The position numbers and the translations under genes were made by a program. A DNA stretch of 62,996 bases, the filler included, from Neolecta irregularis DAH-3 (Eukaryota), in NCBI GenBank assembly GCA_001929475.1. It is 7 parts of 7 records of this genome, joined end to end, with 100 filler letters (N's around TTAATTAATTAA, not from the genome) between each part and the next. Parts side by side here need not be neighbours in the genome. Positions count along the whole stretch, not along the records: positions 1 to 19,510 come from LXFE01000358.1; positions 19,611 to 51,590 come from LXFE01003343.1; 5 more parts are not named here. The stretch is one strand, 5' to 3'. Below are positions 10,754 to 23,619 of this stretch, piece by piece (within the stretch, counting starts at the first letter, position 1; the number at the start of each line of letters is the position of its first letter). The notes beneath the pieces are model-generated. The model saw only the letters and a list, made by a program, of their open reading frames with translations, was not told the origin of the DNA and made no database searches.

Positions 10754-11715
10754 GAGTTCACAGCAAGAGGAAAAGCGAGGGTGATGAAATTTGAAACGAG
10801 AGACTGGCTGGTGTGCTCAGGGGAACTGGAGAAGATATCCTGGGAAAGAGAGATTTTATATATTGATCCTCAATTTTATGTTGCGGGAGACGCCTAATGT
10901 GGTGTGATTTCATTGAGACCTAAATTAAATAAATTTGACCTGAAGAGATATTGTCTCCTGGATGATGACTTCCTCACCAAGATTCTCGCTTCTAGCACCG
11001 AACGGAGAACAGCTAAGCAGATAGATCGGTTGCATCGGGTGCGGAAAGGGCACCACAAGGTCTAAAAGAGAGTGTCGGGTATGATTCTCGCCAAATGTGA
11101 TTCGCGCAGTTCTGGGACCTTTTAATAACTTTTTGTTCCACTGATTGCCGGAGCTCCTGACAAGATGATAACTTGTGATAGACTCGGCAGGGGGGTTGAT
11201 TGCAAGGATGGCCATTGACGATAATAATCAAGCAGATATTGTATATGAATCGTTCACAACACAGCTGCACTTGAAGAGGACCATTTAGAGATGCGCAGCG
11301 GCAAGCGCGTGAAGCATGTGGCGATGGCTCCGCCAAAAACCACCAAACCAAAAATACATTGTTTCCAGCGAGATTCCCGGACATGTAGCGGGGAGGCCAA
11401 CCGATGTAGCGGCGGTGGCGAGCTTGCGCGTGCGATGGGAGGCAACATTGTGTTGCTGCTCTGCCTGCGCAGTGTCTGCGATACAATAGTATCCGCGATA
11501 TCACAGCAGCATCTGCATAACAGCGGCGCGATCCCGCAATGCCTGCGACCAGAAAAACACAGAATGCGGGCAGGAATGTGCCGGAAGCGGCGGTGGGTGG
11601 AGTTTGGTATAAAGGAGCGCCAACCTTCCCGTTTGACGCTTTGCCCTTGTCCGCACCCGCAAACGCTCTAAGCCTGATTCAGACACTCCCAGTCCCAGTT
11701 GAGAAGGATCCAGCG

Positions 11716-12523
11716 ATGCCCAGAAACAACGGCAACAACCTCCAGCAGCGCCCAGACGCCCTGCTCGATCCCGCGCTGCAGGATTCCGTCCCGGCGCCGC
11801 CACCAGCAAAGGTGATTTGCCACTCTCCTGCTCCTGATCACCACCGCTGACTCTCTAAAGCGACGGAGATCGGCCGATTCGGACGATGACGACGATGGTA
11901 AACAAGAAATCGGCAGAGAACGTATCATTCGCCGCTCTGCGCGCCCCTATTGTTGACATTCCACAGGGAGAAAGATAGAAATCAAGTTTATCGAGGACAA
12001 AGGCCGTCGACACATCACATTTAGCAAGAGAAAGGCCGGAATCATGAAAAAGGTGCGGGCATCTGGCAGTCAATTGACCAAGCTAATGCAAATTTCTAGG
12101 CGTACGAGTTGTCGGTCCTCACCGGAACTCAAGTGCTACTCCTCGTTGTCTCCGAGACCGGTCTTGTATATACATTCACAACGCCAAAACTCCAGCCAAT
12201 TGTCACGAAATCCGAGGGAAAGAATCTTATTCAAACCTGCCTCAATGCTCCGGAAGATGGGCAACAAGACGACCTCGAACAAGTGCATCAAGCTCATGCT
12301 ACTCACGCTGCACATGTTCAGCAGCAAATTTCTACACATATCCCTCCTCCGGGATTAAACTCGTGGCCTGATCAAGCAGCTGCTTATCAGGCCTATATAT
12401 CTGTACGTGTTTGAATGTATCAGATAATGGCTTATTTTATAGGGCCATCATGACAGCCATCGACCGAACAACTTGCCTTCAATTCACCATCAGGGCGATG
12501 AAGGGGACAAGCTTTCGGTGTAA
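11716..12523 (+). CDS. MCM1: SRF/MCM1-type MADS-box transcription factor, 4 introns
   Basis: RKIEIKFIEDKGRRHITFSKRKAGIMKK|AYELSVLTGTQVLLLVVSETGLVYTFTTPKLQP; TATAAA at ~11608. Confidence 0.93.
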
Positions 12524-12917
12524 CATGTTTTAGTAAAGGTGTTTACGCGCGTCTGGTAGGCACGTTGTTCATGCTTTGTGATTTTGTTGTTTGGTTTTGC
12601 TTTTCGCTATAGTATATCAGTTGAATTTTGGCCTCCACTATGAAGAGAGTTTGTGTATTATACTCAAAAAAGTGTTGTGTGCAATCAGGTCAGGATCCTC
12701 CAATAAATAATCTGCTCAATGTCAATCTAACTGTGACATCCGCCAAACTAATAACCTAAGTATAAGAACAGACATAAAAAGAGCACCCTATATACGCCTT
12801 CAACTTCGTTTATTTATAGTTTAAGGAACACCGTGTCCATGCTTGCATGGGATATAGAGCCCGCAACAACATTCAATGCAAAAAATAAACGAGATAGCCA
12901 GCCTGTATTCTTAAACC

Positions 12918-14319
12918 CTAATATTTCTTCCGTAAAATTAATGTCTTCCAGCCTTTCAAAAATGGAATTTGGCTAAAGTCGATTTTAAGAAGACTTTTCC
13001 TTGAATTTCTAAGGAGACTAGTTTGTTCACAGTGAGCAATTTGGTCATGATCTTGGTCGTGATCGGACTCTTCGATTAGTTTCCAAACCTGTTCTTCTTC
13101 GGTAGACATTTCTCTGAGCAGACCCATGGTGCCTTCCGCAGATTCGTTTAGATCTAGAATGAGGGTGGACGGGTCGGACGCTGCTTCTCGCTGCAGTCGC
13201 CACGATAGAGTGAAGACACCCACAAAAAGGATAAATGCGCCAACAATTACGAGGGATATCTGTAAAGTGGAGAGAAGGGATGCCTGGGAATAATATATCT
13301 GGAATAAGCCTCTTTTTGCAGCGTAGCACAAACCAGACCATCAAGCATGGCTGTGATGTTGTATATGCAAAACATTAATGGGTACAAGATTGTAGTTGTA
13401 CACAAACGTAGGGCACGATTTAGTAGGTACAACTGGATATTTAGTAATGAAATGTTTTTGTCAATGATACCTGAGTAAGAGCTATAGAGATCATGATTGC
13501 AAGCAAGAACCATGACTGCCAATGATTAAACTGGTTTTGCTTCTCAACAAAGGTTTTCAAGAGCAATTCAACGATGGCTTTTGAAAGAAGGAGGCCATGA
13601 GCAGAAAGAATACTGGACATTGGCCCGATTCGTGCAAAGAAAGACGTACCCGCTGAGTATCCCGAACAATACACCACGCAGCAGTTTCCAGCCTTGACTA
13701 GTTTTGTAAGAACGAGTCATGGCACAAGCCCTGGATCCTATCAAGATGCAAACAGACAAGAGGGCTTGGAAGGACATCCAACCAATAAACGGGTCTCGAC
13801 GAAGAAAGGCCAAAAGTTCCTCGAGGGAGTGAGAAGGCTCCGAGACAACTCCAAAAGCAGCAATCAAAGCAGCGCCAACCGTAACCAATATTGAACCAAG
13901 GATAGAAATGGCGGTGAAGGACTCGTGCAGAAGAATCGAGGCCCACATGGCGTTGAATATCAAACCACTCTGCAACCAGATTAGGATGCAACGAGACAAC
14001 GCAGGACTATTTTGTCCTTGGAGAACAACGTACGGCATGCAAAGGTGCAAGAATGACAACGGGCAAAGTGGTGATCTGGACGCTCGAGCCGGCCAGATTC
14101 GCGCAGACATAGGTTGCAAGACCGACTCTCCACATGGGTCGTTTCCATGTCTTTCGCCGTGTTGAGTGGGTCTCTTCACGGACATGGGATTTGCGTTGCA
14201 GCGTCAGTCCTGGAGGATCAGTTTGGTGGTGGATATCGCATACCCAGCGACTGGATCGCCGATGTGAGAATGCCCACAGTAATGCCCAGGCTGATGGCAC
14301 CGCCTGCAGAAAGCCCCAT
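12918..14319 (-). CDS. NIPA/DUF803 magnesium-transporter-family membrane protein
   Basis: GILTSAIQSLGLTLQRKSH, LPVVILAPL, SGLIFNA, SAHGLLLSKAIVEL, YLLNRAL, ILYPLMFCIYN; many TM segments. Confidence 0.88.
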
Positions 14320-14443
14320 ATGCGAGGCTCGGGCAGAAATAGCGTCGGGAGGGAAAGGCGCAACAACGGGTTCCGCTCAGCCTGCGGATTGGCTATGGCG
14401 GTGAGTCAAACTCCGTTTCCGGTCCGCCATCCACACTTCCCCT

Positions 14444-15295
14444 ATGACGTCCATAGTCCATGCTCTAAGCGATGACCAGGTATCTGCTCCTCCATCTGGT
14501 GTCTGATATGCCGTCAAGGTCAATCAGGAGCTCAAGAAGATGATTGCATTTATCAAGCAGGAGGCAATGGAAAAGGCCAGGGAGGTTCACATCAAGGTAC
14601 CACCCGGCGCCAGGCACGCATCCCACCAGTCTAGGCAGACGAAGAGTTCGCAATCGAAAAGGCCAAGCTTGTCAGGCACGAACAGACTTCCATCGATGCC
14701 AATTACGAAAAGAAAACCAAAGCAGTAAGCATGCAGCAGCAGATTACAAAGAGCAACATTATCAACAGGACCCGTTTGCAAGTTCTCGCCGCGAGACAGG
14801 AAACTCTAGATGGCATCTTTGAAGATGCTAGGCAGAGATTGCCTGATGCGATCCAGACATCGGGACTAAAACCAGAAGAGTTGTACACAAATCTGATTTT
14901 ACAGGCATTGGCATCCTACGCGGTCGTTTTGACACATTCAGGGGTTATATTCACTGATGGAGGAGGTTGTTACGGTCAAGGCAAGAACTAAGGATCATGA
15001 CGTTGTCAATAAAGCTATTTCTTCTGCTGCCAAAAAGTATCAATCACAGACACACCTTCCAGTCAAACTATCCCTCGACGAGAAGAATACTCTTCCTGCT
15101 GAATGGTATATTACCGGCCTAGTCTCAAGAGACTAACAATTCAGCGCCGGAGGTGTCACAATTTCTGGTCTAAATGGGAAAATCGAGATAGTGAACATAC
15201 TTGATGAAAGGCTCCGGCTTTTAGAATCAGAGGCATTGCCCTTCATCCGAGTAACTTTATTCGGGAAAAGCGAGACGAGAAAATTCTTTCATTAG
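14444..15295 (+). CDS. VMA4: V-ATPase V1 subunit E
   Basis: [70 protein letters not shown]. Confidence 0.97.
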
Positions 15296-15439
15296 ACAAG
15301 TTGGGTTGTGTGTGCGCATCAGTCATAGCGAATTATTATTGGAACGCTTATTTCATCGTCATAGAGGTTTTCCTGCTAGTCAATGGCTATTGGATTTGAT
15401 TTCCCATCTTCCAATAGAATGTTTGATAGTTGGTTTAGC

Positions 15440-17140
15440 TCAGGTTCCAGAAGCATACGCCTTGGCACGAAAAATCTGTCAATTGCGTTCTTATTTTCAA
15501 GTTTTAGTTGGTACTTCATTCGAATCGAGGTCTTTTGCATCAGTGACTTTGCCTAAGATGGTTAGGCTGGATTTGGGACTCCTCATATACTTCTGAGCGT
15601 TCGATAAGAATGCCACGGCTGTCATTGATTTTGCCCTGCTTATTGTTGATGGTCTCTGCAAGGGTTTCAGCTTGGTCTCGAGGTAACTGATTGTGGGGGT
15701 CATCTAAAGCCAAGTCGAGGAGGCGAATGAGAAGCTGAATCTCCAGCCAACCATCTTCATTGCTTGTTGATAGCTCCAGGATGCGAGCTGTGTAATTAGG
15801 GACTAAAGAAGCCTGTCTGGTCAGCAGAGTCTTTTTCGACTAAATATATATACATCCGAATTAAGCTTCGACTTGAAATCCTTGTTTTCAAAAAAGGCTG
15901 CAGCGGCCATGTGGCGCCGCACAAGATGCCCACGCTCAGACGTGGCGGGAAGAATTCGCAAAGCTCGATATCGAACAAGGTTTGATGAAGTGACGCTTAT
16001 CAACCAGGTTGTGACGTGTGAAACCAATCCTGATAATTCGACATGGGGGCAGTGCTGCAAGAGCTGATCTAGAGAGAATTCTGCCCTTGGAGATATCAAT
16101 TCGGTGAGTATGGAATCCATTGAGACGAGCATTATGAATTTGAACATGTCGTATAAAACATCAATCGACAATTTGTTAGTCCTGGTTGTTAGAGACCGAG
16201 AGAGGAAAGAACTAGAGACTGTAAAAGGGCGACGCAAATATCAAACACGAGTGCTAATCTCCATGCATACTGTCCAGTGTTTAGATATTTTGGCATTACT
16301 AGAGAATGAGGGAGAAAAGTGAGCGGGAATACCATTTGTTAGCAGGTAAATCTTTCGAGGAATCCTGAGCAAGGCTGTATCACCGCCGAGTGCAGTGACG
16401 GTATTTAAAACTTTATCCCAAATTAAATTTGAAGGTTTCCAATGATTTGATCCCTGATGTCAGCCTGTTCTCGAGCTGAATCTTTTACGATATAAGCCTT
16501 TATGATACTTGCATAAGATGAAGCTAACTGCTGCGAGGTCTCAAAGGCCACTATATATTAGTTAGGGGGACGGGCTGGGATGTAGATAACGTTCGGATAG
16601 CATCCAATGGACCAAGACCAAGGGAGTGTTCTCGCCAGACGTTAGCATGCGTTGGATGTACCCCGATTTGAAATGCAGCATCCGTCTTTCGGGATCTTTG
16701 ATAAGCAAAAGACATCCCTGTTGATAGCGGCTTGCCTTGAAGACAGTCCAGCCAGCCGTTAGCTTGTTCGTTCGGGAAAATCAGATCTCGGCGTCCGAGT
16801 CTTTGCGAGAAGTAAAAATATGCAGGCGGTAGGCGGGCTATGTGACCGGTCTGGACTATATGGGCAAGGGCGTCTGCTGTATTGTTCCCCAAAGCTTCAT
16901 CTAGCAAAGTATTGCGTCCGGCATTTTGCAAGATATCGTCGGTAACTTCAATCTGGGCCAGTGCATCGCATGCTTTGAATCGCTCTTGTTTGTCTTGTCG
17001 TTCTAGTTTCTCGGCAAGCAAGTGTTCCAGGGAAAATTTTGGGATTTTTCTTGTCCTGCTTGTTACTGGTGGTGATTCCGAACCTTGACGAAGCGGTTGA
17101 CTGCGATTAGTGAGCATCCGGTGAAAAAGTACGCTGTCAT
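15440..17140 (-). CDS. Multi-exon hypothetical helical protein; weak resemblance to Nse6/SLF2-type Smc5/6 factors; ends approximate
   Basis: Chain of minus-strand ORFs linked by short introns; N-terminal KFSLEHLLAEK followed by a coiled coil. Confidence 0.6.
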
Positions 17141-17481
17141 TTGATTGCTGCGATTAGGTACGCTGTCAAAAAAGAGGATGTTACAAGGGACACGTCGATA
17201 TACATTCATCATCCCAAACTCCATCAATTCTATAAGTATAAACACGAACAAAAAACGACCTATTGATATTACACCCAATCTACCCAATACACCGAACCGA
17301 AATGGAAAAAAGACAAAAATGTAGCAAAGTGGACACAGAACCCAATGAATAGAAAACGAAGTAGGAGGCATCGAATGAGCGACCGCCCAAAACACCTGTC
17401 CGGGACTATAAGAAACAAGAGGAAGGATCTAGCGAGTAAAAACAAACATGAACAAGGCGGATAAGAATGCAGATGCTATGG

Positions 17482-18882
17482 TTACATCGAAAAATATGGC
17501 TGGTTTGGATTGACGCTGGGCAAGCCAGAGTTTGCGGTGTTTTTTGGAGAAACGTCGTATTTTCGCTTTTTCGAGGGGTTACCTTGGGCGTCGTCGTCGT
17601 TGTGGTGTTCGCCGGTGGTGTCGTTGCACTTTTGTCCGTCGTGTGCAGCAGTCAGAGCCGACTGGGAGGCGAGCGTGGTGGCCGGCAAGAGGCGGGAGGA
17701 CATATGGAAGAGGTAATTTGGGTTTGGCTGCTGGTGCTGATGGGGCGAGAACGTCGGCACCGCCATTTGCGGCTGCATGGAACTGATGCTGTTGCCGCGT
17801 ACGTATGACTGGCGATGGCGATTCATCGGAGGCTCTGGTGGCAGCATGCTCGAAGAAAAGCCGTTTTGGGGTGACAACAGGATGCTCGGCGGGGCGGGAG
17901 GCACGGTTTGGTAGCCCAGGTTCTGGGTAGAAGCGTCGAAGCGATCGAGTAGCTGCGACTGAAATTGAAAGCCCTGCTGTTCCATAAACTCTTTCATCTT
18001 CTTTATGAGGTCCTGCTGGGCGGCCTGGCGCTGTTTGGTCTCATGGAGGTCGCGGAGCACGTCGCTGAGGGTGTCCTGCAGCGAGTTTACCTGCAATTAG
18101 CAGGACCATGTGTGGGCATACCCTTTGCATCAGGTCTGTTTGGGAGATCTGGAGCATTGCTACGCCGGCAGGGACATCGCCAACAGGAGTGCGGTTCATG
18201 TCGAGGTTGTCTCCCTGTTTGCGTTTGATATCGTCGAGCAAGTCTGATCTGCCGCGCTGGAAGCGGGGATGGGAAAACTCCCATATTTGGCTCTCGGGGG
18301 AGGTTTTGTGGCCGCGGGGGCTTTTGGAGACTTTTCTAAAGCCGTACCTAGAGTGAGCTGTGAGCTTTACGTAAGCGATACATGTTTAGCTGGCGGACAA
18401 AGCTGGAAAAGTTGTTATGCTTGTAGTGTTTTGGGAGGACGTCTTTGGCAAACTCTACAACGTTGCAAACAACAAAAGTGGTGCCGGGGTAGTTCCAGGA
18501 GATGAGGTGTTGGTACTGGCGATCTTCAACCATACTATGCGGATTAGAGGATAAGCTTGGGGATATACTCGTATAGGCGGTGGACGAAGCCAGCTGGGTT
18601 GGAGTAGGGTTTCTGGTCTGCTTCCGTTTTTATTGCGGCAGGGGGGAGTGGGGCGCGGCCGGTGGCGGTGGCGGGTTGGTGGTATGGGTGTGACGGCGAT
18701 CCGGGGAAGAGGGAGGAAAAGGCATCGGGCTGATTAAAGGTATGGACTGAGGAGCTACCGGGCGCGAATTGCTGGGCGATGGGATGATGGAGCGATTGAT
18801 GGTGGTGGTGCTGCTGCTGCTGCTGGGCGGCGGCGGGGGTTTGCGACAAGAGATTCCCAGGGCTCGAATGAGAATCGTGCAT
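17482..18882 (-). CDS. HSF-type DNA-binding transcription factor (Sfl1/Hsr1-like, no receiver domain seen)
   Basis: [67 protein letters not shown] plus coiled coil; Q/H-rich N-terminus. Confidence 0.93.
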
Positions 18883-19224
18883 AATATAGAAGCAGCAAAT
18901 AAGAGGATCAGACGGGTGAAGCCAGGCCGACGAGAGAAGGTGGAATCAGGAGTTCTAGACTTTTGAGGGGATTCAAGTTCAGCGGATCAGTGGCCAAGTT
19001 TGTTCTGCAGAGAAGGGCGCGGGCTTAGCCTGCTGATGCTGGCTCGGCTATGGGCGGGGCGGGTGTTTATGTAGCGGCGAGCGGCGAGGCGCGAATGCCA
19101 GCGGCATGGACAAGAATGAGCGAGCCTGGATGTATGCGGCAGGTGGTAGGAGGGTGGTGTAGCGGGTGTGGAAGGGGAGCGGGAGGGATTGGGTGTGGGT
19201 GTGGATAGGGTGGGCGCTAGTAGA

Positions 19225-19445
19225 GAATGATGTAGAATGGAATGATATGATTGAGTAGATAGAATGGAATGATATGATTGGGTAGGTAGAATGGAGCGAT
19301 ATAATTGGGTAGGTAGAATGTAATGACATAGATTGAGTAGGTAGATGGAATACGATAGATTGAGTAGGTAGAATGGAATAATATAGATTGAGTAGGTAGA
19401 ATGAATTGATGGAATGGATATGACAGATATGACAGATATGATATA
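19225..19445. repeat. Minisatellite, ~27-28-bp unit (GTAGAATGGAATGATATGATTGAGTAG), about 6 copies
   Basis: Units start near 19232, 19259, 19286, 19313, 19341 and 19368. Confidence 0.85.
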
Positions 19446-19510
19446 TGTGGGCACTATCAAGTCCCACCGCCCCCACACAACAGCAAACCCAAGATGAGAC
19501 ATAGAGGGCG

Positions 19511-19610
19511 NNNNNNNNNNNNNNNNNNNNNNNNNNNNNNNNNNNNNNNNNNNNTTAATTAATTAANNNNNNNNNNNNNNNNNNNNNNNNNNNNNNNNNN
19601 NNNNNNNNNN
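19511..19610. other. Artificial contig linker N-TTAATTAATTAA-N (also at 51591-51690, 53629-53728, 57124-57223, 58977-59076, 60224-60323)
   Basis: Identical 100-nt spacer with stop codons in all six frames. Confidence 0.99.
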
Positions 19611-20276
19611 CACGCCGGCGCCGCCCCGCTCGACCCAGCGGCCGTACTGGTCCGCCAGCCGGATCGGCTCTGGCACGCGGTGCTTGTGCGTGCACTGGCG
19701 GACGATGAGCACCGCCTGCTCGAGCGTGCAGCGGTGGCCGACACTGACCCAGATCTTCTTGGCCGCTGCCGCTGGGGTTACCGCCTGTCCCACGACGGCG
19801 CCGCCTGCCACGCAGCGGCCATCGCCGTCTACCTCCAGGCCGTCGTAGGCCACGCGGTTCTTGGCCACGCCGACTGTTGCGACGTCCTGCGCAACGCCAA
19901 AGTGGCTCGCGAGGCCGCAGCGGCGCGGGTGCAGCAACCCGTTGCCGTCGACGAGCACCAGCCCGATGCGCTGCTGCTGCCGCGCAAACAGCGCCTGCAT
20001 GCCCGCCAGCTCCCGGAAGGCGAGGAAGAAGGGCTCGTACTCCTCCCGCGGCTCGACCCGCAGACAGTCGTGCGCCAGCAGCTCCAGCCTCGGATACGTC
20101 ATCGTTACCATGCTGACCACCCGCCCGCTCGGCGACACGTCCATCCCGGCAATGCACTCGATCGGTCCCAGCTTCTCCTCGCGCACCCGCCGCGCGACGT
20201 CCTCCTGCACCCGCGTCCATTCCGCAATCTTGGCCCGCCGTCTCCCGGCGGCGACGTCATCCGGTGGTTGCGTCAT
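19611..20276 (-). CDS. Endonuclease V (eukaryotic type), intronless, GC-rich; stop codon lost in the gap
   Basis: IAGMDVS, Y.PFFLAFRE, LVDGNGLLHPRRCGLASHFGV, VGVAKN, WVSVGH, RVPEPIRLAD. Confidence 0.95.
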
Positions 20277-20349
20277 CTCGGCCGCTAATTAATGCCCTCC
20301 CTCTTCCCCCACAAAACGCCACTGCCACATCCGTGTTCCTCCCTATATC

Positions 20350-20749
20350 ATGACCAGAACTACCAAAAACGTGGTCAGCGAGACAGACAGCCGCCATGCT
20401 CCAAAGCACATCTCATCCCCTCCGCTCTCTCCTGACCGTGTAGAAGCAGAGCAGGCATGATGGACCAAAGCCTCAAAAAGAACGGTGCTGGCAAAGCAAA
20501 CTGGTACGTCCCTATCCACTCGCCTCTCTTCCCCTTGCATCCCCGTCACATCATCCTTCTCCAGCATACATGCACTCCCTCTACCCTTCTTTCCCTTGTT
20601 CCCAGTTGACAACCCATAGGGGCGTACAAGGCGAAGAAGTAGAGGACTACATTCCTTCCACCCGACGACGATCAAATTCCTCAGGACGATTGGTTAACGC
20701 AAAAACCAAATTCGAGGAGCCCCTGGACGCTCCGGCTATTGAAGAGTGA
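20350..20749 (+). CDS. STF2/TMA10-like small hydrophilic protein (~81 aa), 2 introns
   Basis: Spliced MTRTTK..SRAGMMDQSLKKNGAGKANWGVQGEEVEDY..RRRSNSS..KTKFE; the KK.G.GK.NWG motif spans intron 2; intron 1 has a GC donor. Confidence 0.85.
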
Positions 20750-21000
20750 GATATTTCCCCTATTCCTTTGTTCTTTAGAGGGAGAGTTAGTGATTTATCT
20801 AGGAGTAGATCAGACTATGTTGGCTGAAGTAATGGTTTTGATTCCAAGTATTTTTCAACAAGCTTATGTATTTTCTGATATTGGTGACTTGACAAAGTTC
20901 AGCCTGTCTTATTCATGCATAGTAACCCCCAAGACACTCTATTTCAGGTATGCACAATATGGGCACTAAACTTCACCTGTACATCGTCTTGTGATCAATT

Positions 21001-22490
21001 TTACTTGGCACGGCCCGACTTCCAGAAACAAATATCTCCATCACGAAGAATGTAATCCTTCCCTTTCATCTGAACTTTTCCAGCAGCCTTCACGCCGGCT
21101 TCCGATCCAGCTTCTTTTAAATCGTCAAAATTCATGATCTATACGAGTAAACAAAAGCTTTTCTTTAGTGAAATACCTCTCCGCACACGAAATTCTTCTC
21201 AAAGTCGCTATGAATGACTCCTGCTGCAGCCGGGGCTTTCGTCCCCTTTCGAATCGTCCATGCTCTGACTTCATCCTCTCCGCACGTGAAATAGTACTGC
21301 AACTCCAAAGCTGCATACCCCGCTTTCACGATCTTGGGGAGAATACTCTTGGTGCCTAAGCGGGTCAGTTCCTCCCCCGCTTGTGCATCCGTCATTCGGG
21401 TAAGCCGTTCCTCCATCGACACTGAAATCGGAATAATTGGATCGCCGGGATTGTTTTCCTCCACCCAGGCCTTTATTTTAGGTAGATACTTGTTCTTTTG
21501 GCGGATGTAGTCTCGTTCACTTAGATTCACAAGGTAAACGACCGGCTTGGCGGTTAACAGCAAGAACGTGTTAATCACGTCGACCTATAATCAGTCAAAT
21601 GCAAAACATGGAGCACACGTCTTTGCTATTCCATGATCCCTTTCGGACGTCCTTGCCGTCTTCAAGACACTTCAACACGCGATTCGCAACATCAAGTTCC
21701 GCCAATTTTGCTTTAACTTCCAAAGATACAGTCCCGCCTCTCGCTGTCTCCTTCTTCAGCCGTTCAATATGCGCCCCGACAAATTCCATATCCTTGATCC
21801 TCAATTCATCTGATATAATGGTCAAATCTCGAATTGGATCAACGTCCCCCTCCACATGAATAATCTCTGCATCGTCAAATGCGCCTAGTTTAATCAGACA
21901 TGAAGAAGGAATGGAAAAGGAAAACTTACGAACCATTTGAAACATCGCGTCGACAGCCCGAACGTGCGATAAAAACGCATTACCAAGTCCCGCGCCAGTC
22001 GATGCGCCTTTTGTTAACCCGGCAATATCAAATACTTTAAGCGAAGCAGGAATTTTTGACGGTGGTTTGAAATGATTGCATAGCCAATCAAACCGTTCAT
22101 CAGGAACTGCAACTTGCGATTCTTCCGGCTCAATTGTAGCGTATGGGACTGGTTAAAAATGTTAAAAAGGCCTATTTCCTGGGCAAAATTACAGTTTGCT
22201 GGGTTCCCGAGGGAACATTTGGTAAGCGCTTGAAAATGTTAGAGTTTGAATGGGGTTTTTCTTTCGTGTACTTTGAAAAAATGTAGATTTGCCGACATTC
22301 GGCATTCCTTGTTGAAATCAGTCTGTCGTATATGTGATGGAACAGGAGAATGATGTACCCACAATCCCAGCCTGGATGTCATCAATTTACATCATTTCTC
22401 AATAAGACAAGACTAGGAACGTACTTTAAGATTATTCCCAGGTCGTCCAAGTAAGACTTTTTGCTCAGCGGCAAGTTTCTTTGGCGGCAT
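21001..22490 (-). CDS. OLA1: Obg-like ATPase Ola1/YchF
   Basis: LLGRPGNNLK|AGIVG|MPNVGKST, NFPYATIEP, DIAGL, LLTAKPVVYLVN, EVRAWTIRKGTKAPAAAGVIHSDFE. Confidence 0.97.
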
Positions 22491-23619
22491 CTTGACTTTA
22501 TTTTTTAAGCGGTGGCAGGTGATTGACAGGGATCGAGCAAAAGTGTCTTGTAGTGGAGTTTTAAAATGGGTGAATGGAAAAATCAAGATGTGCATGTGGT
22601 GGAGTGTGCGCAAGCGTGATCTGAATCACTCCAGCGGTTTAACATAGGGCGATGTTCTCCGAGACTGTTGGGTTGAGATCTTTGGTCATAAAACTCGTTG
22701 AGATATTCAGCGTGTCTTTTCGACTCTCGGTATATAACCGCTGCATGAATAATTCGTTGAACAGTCTGCCACGGTGAATATTAAATCGATCGAGAAACCT
22801 AATCTTTTACAATCTCAAGTCTCAATCAATCGAGTGTCATACTCCCCGAAAACCTCATATTTCGAAGTGTTTTGACTGTCAAGTCATTTGCAGAGGAATA
22901 AAATCACCAAAAAGTTCGTAACCAAAGAAGGAAAGAAGTTCCCTTCGGAGATTCAGCAATGCACTTTCCAACCACAATACCTGTCAATGGTCAAGAAAAG
23001 GGACACACCGAAAATGGAGAGCCGATGACCAAACACCTCAAAATAGATCTCGGAGCCGGAGGGAAGACGGCTACTCAAATGGTTAGCACGGACCTAGATT
23101 CATGGACAGTTCCTTCCAGAAGTTGCTCTTCCCCTCAAAATATGGCGTTGGTTTTTCTACAAATACTCGGCGAGAATATTCGCAAAGGCATTACCACTCA
23201 TTTTAATGAGAAAGATCGATATTTACTTTTTGCAGAAAATGATATGCAGGAGCATGCAACTCTGCAAACATATTTGATATTAATTTCAATGATACCTAGA
23301 CTTCGATTTTTCAGTATGACCCAAACCTACTGGATGATTTTCTTGCAAAATTGAAGTTGTTACCGTTCGTGTTATCGAGTTTTGTTCTAGTATCTGTCTA
23401 CCTCGGTTGACCCGCTTTTGGCTCGACGAATAAGTCCCTTATTATACAATAACTCCATACTATAACCTATAGCCTCGTAGTGAGCATATATAATGATATA
23501 CTTACAAAATGCGTGAAGGAAGTTTCATAGCTTTGTTCAAATCCAGAGCAAGGCAAAACATTTCAATACCTAGGTGTATATCTAGCCAATTCTTATGCTG
23601 TCTGCCCAATACACGGCTT

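Noticed and set aside
19555-19566. Palindromic TTAATTAATTAA recurring six times
   Set aside because: Synthetic six-frame-stop linker embedded in N runs
22652-23354. Possible spliced gene between OLA1 and the F-box gene
   Set aside because: Intron-like signals exist, but I could not build a coherent frame or recognise a product
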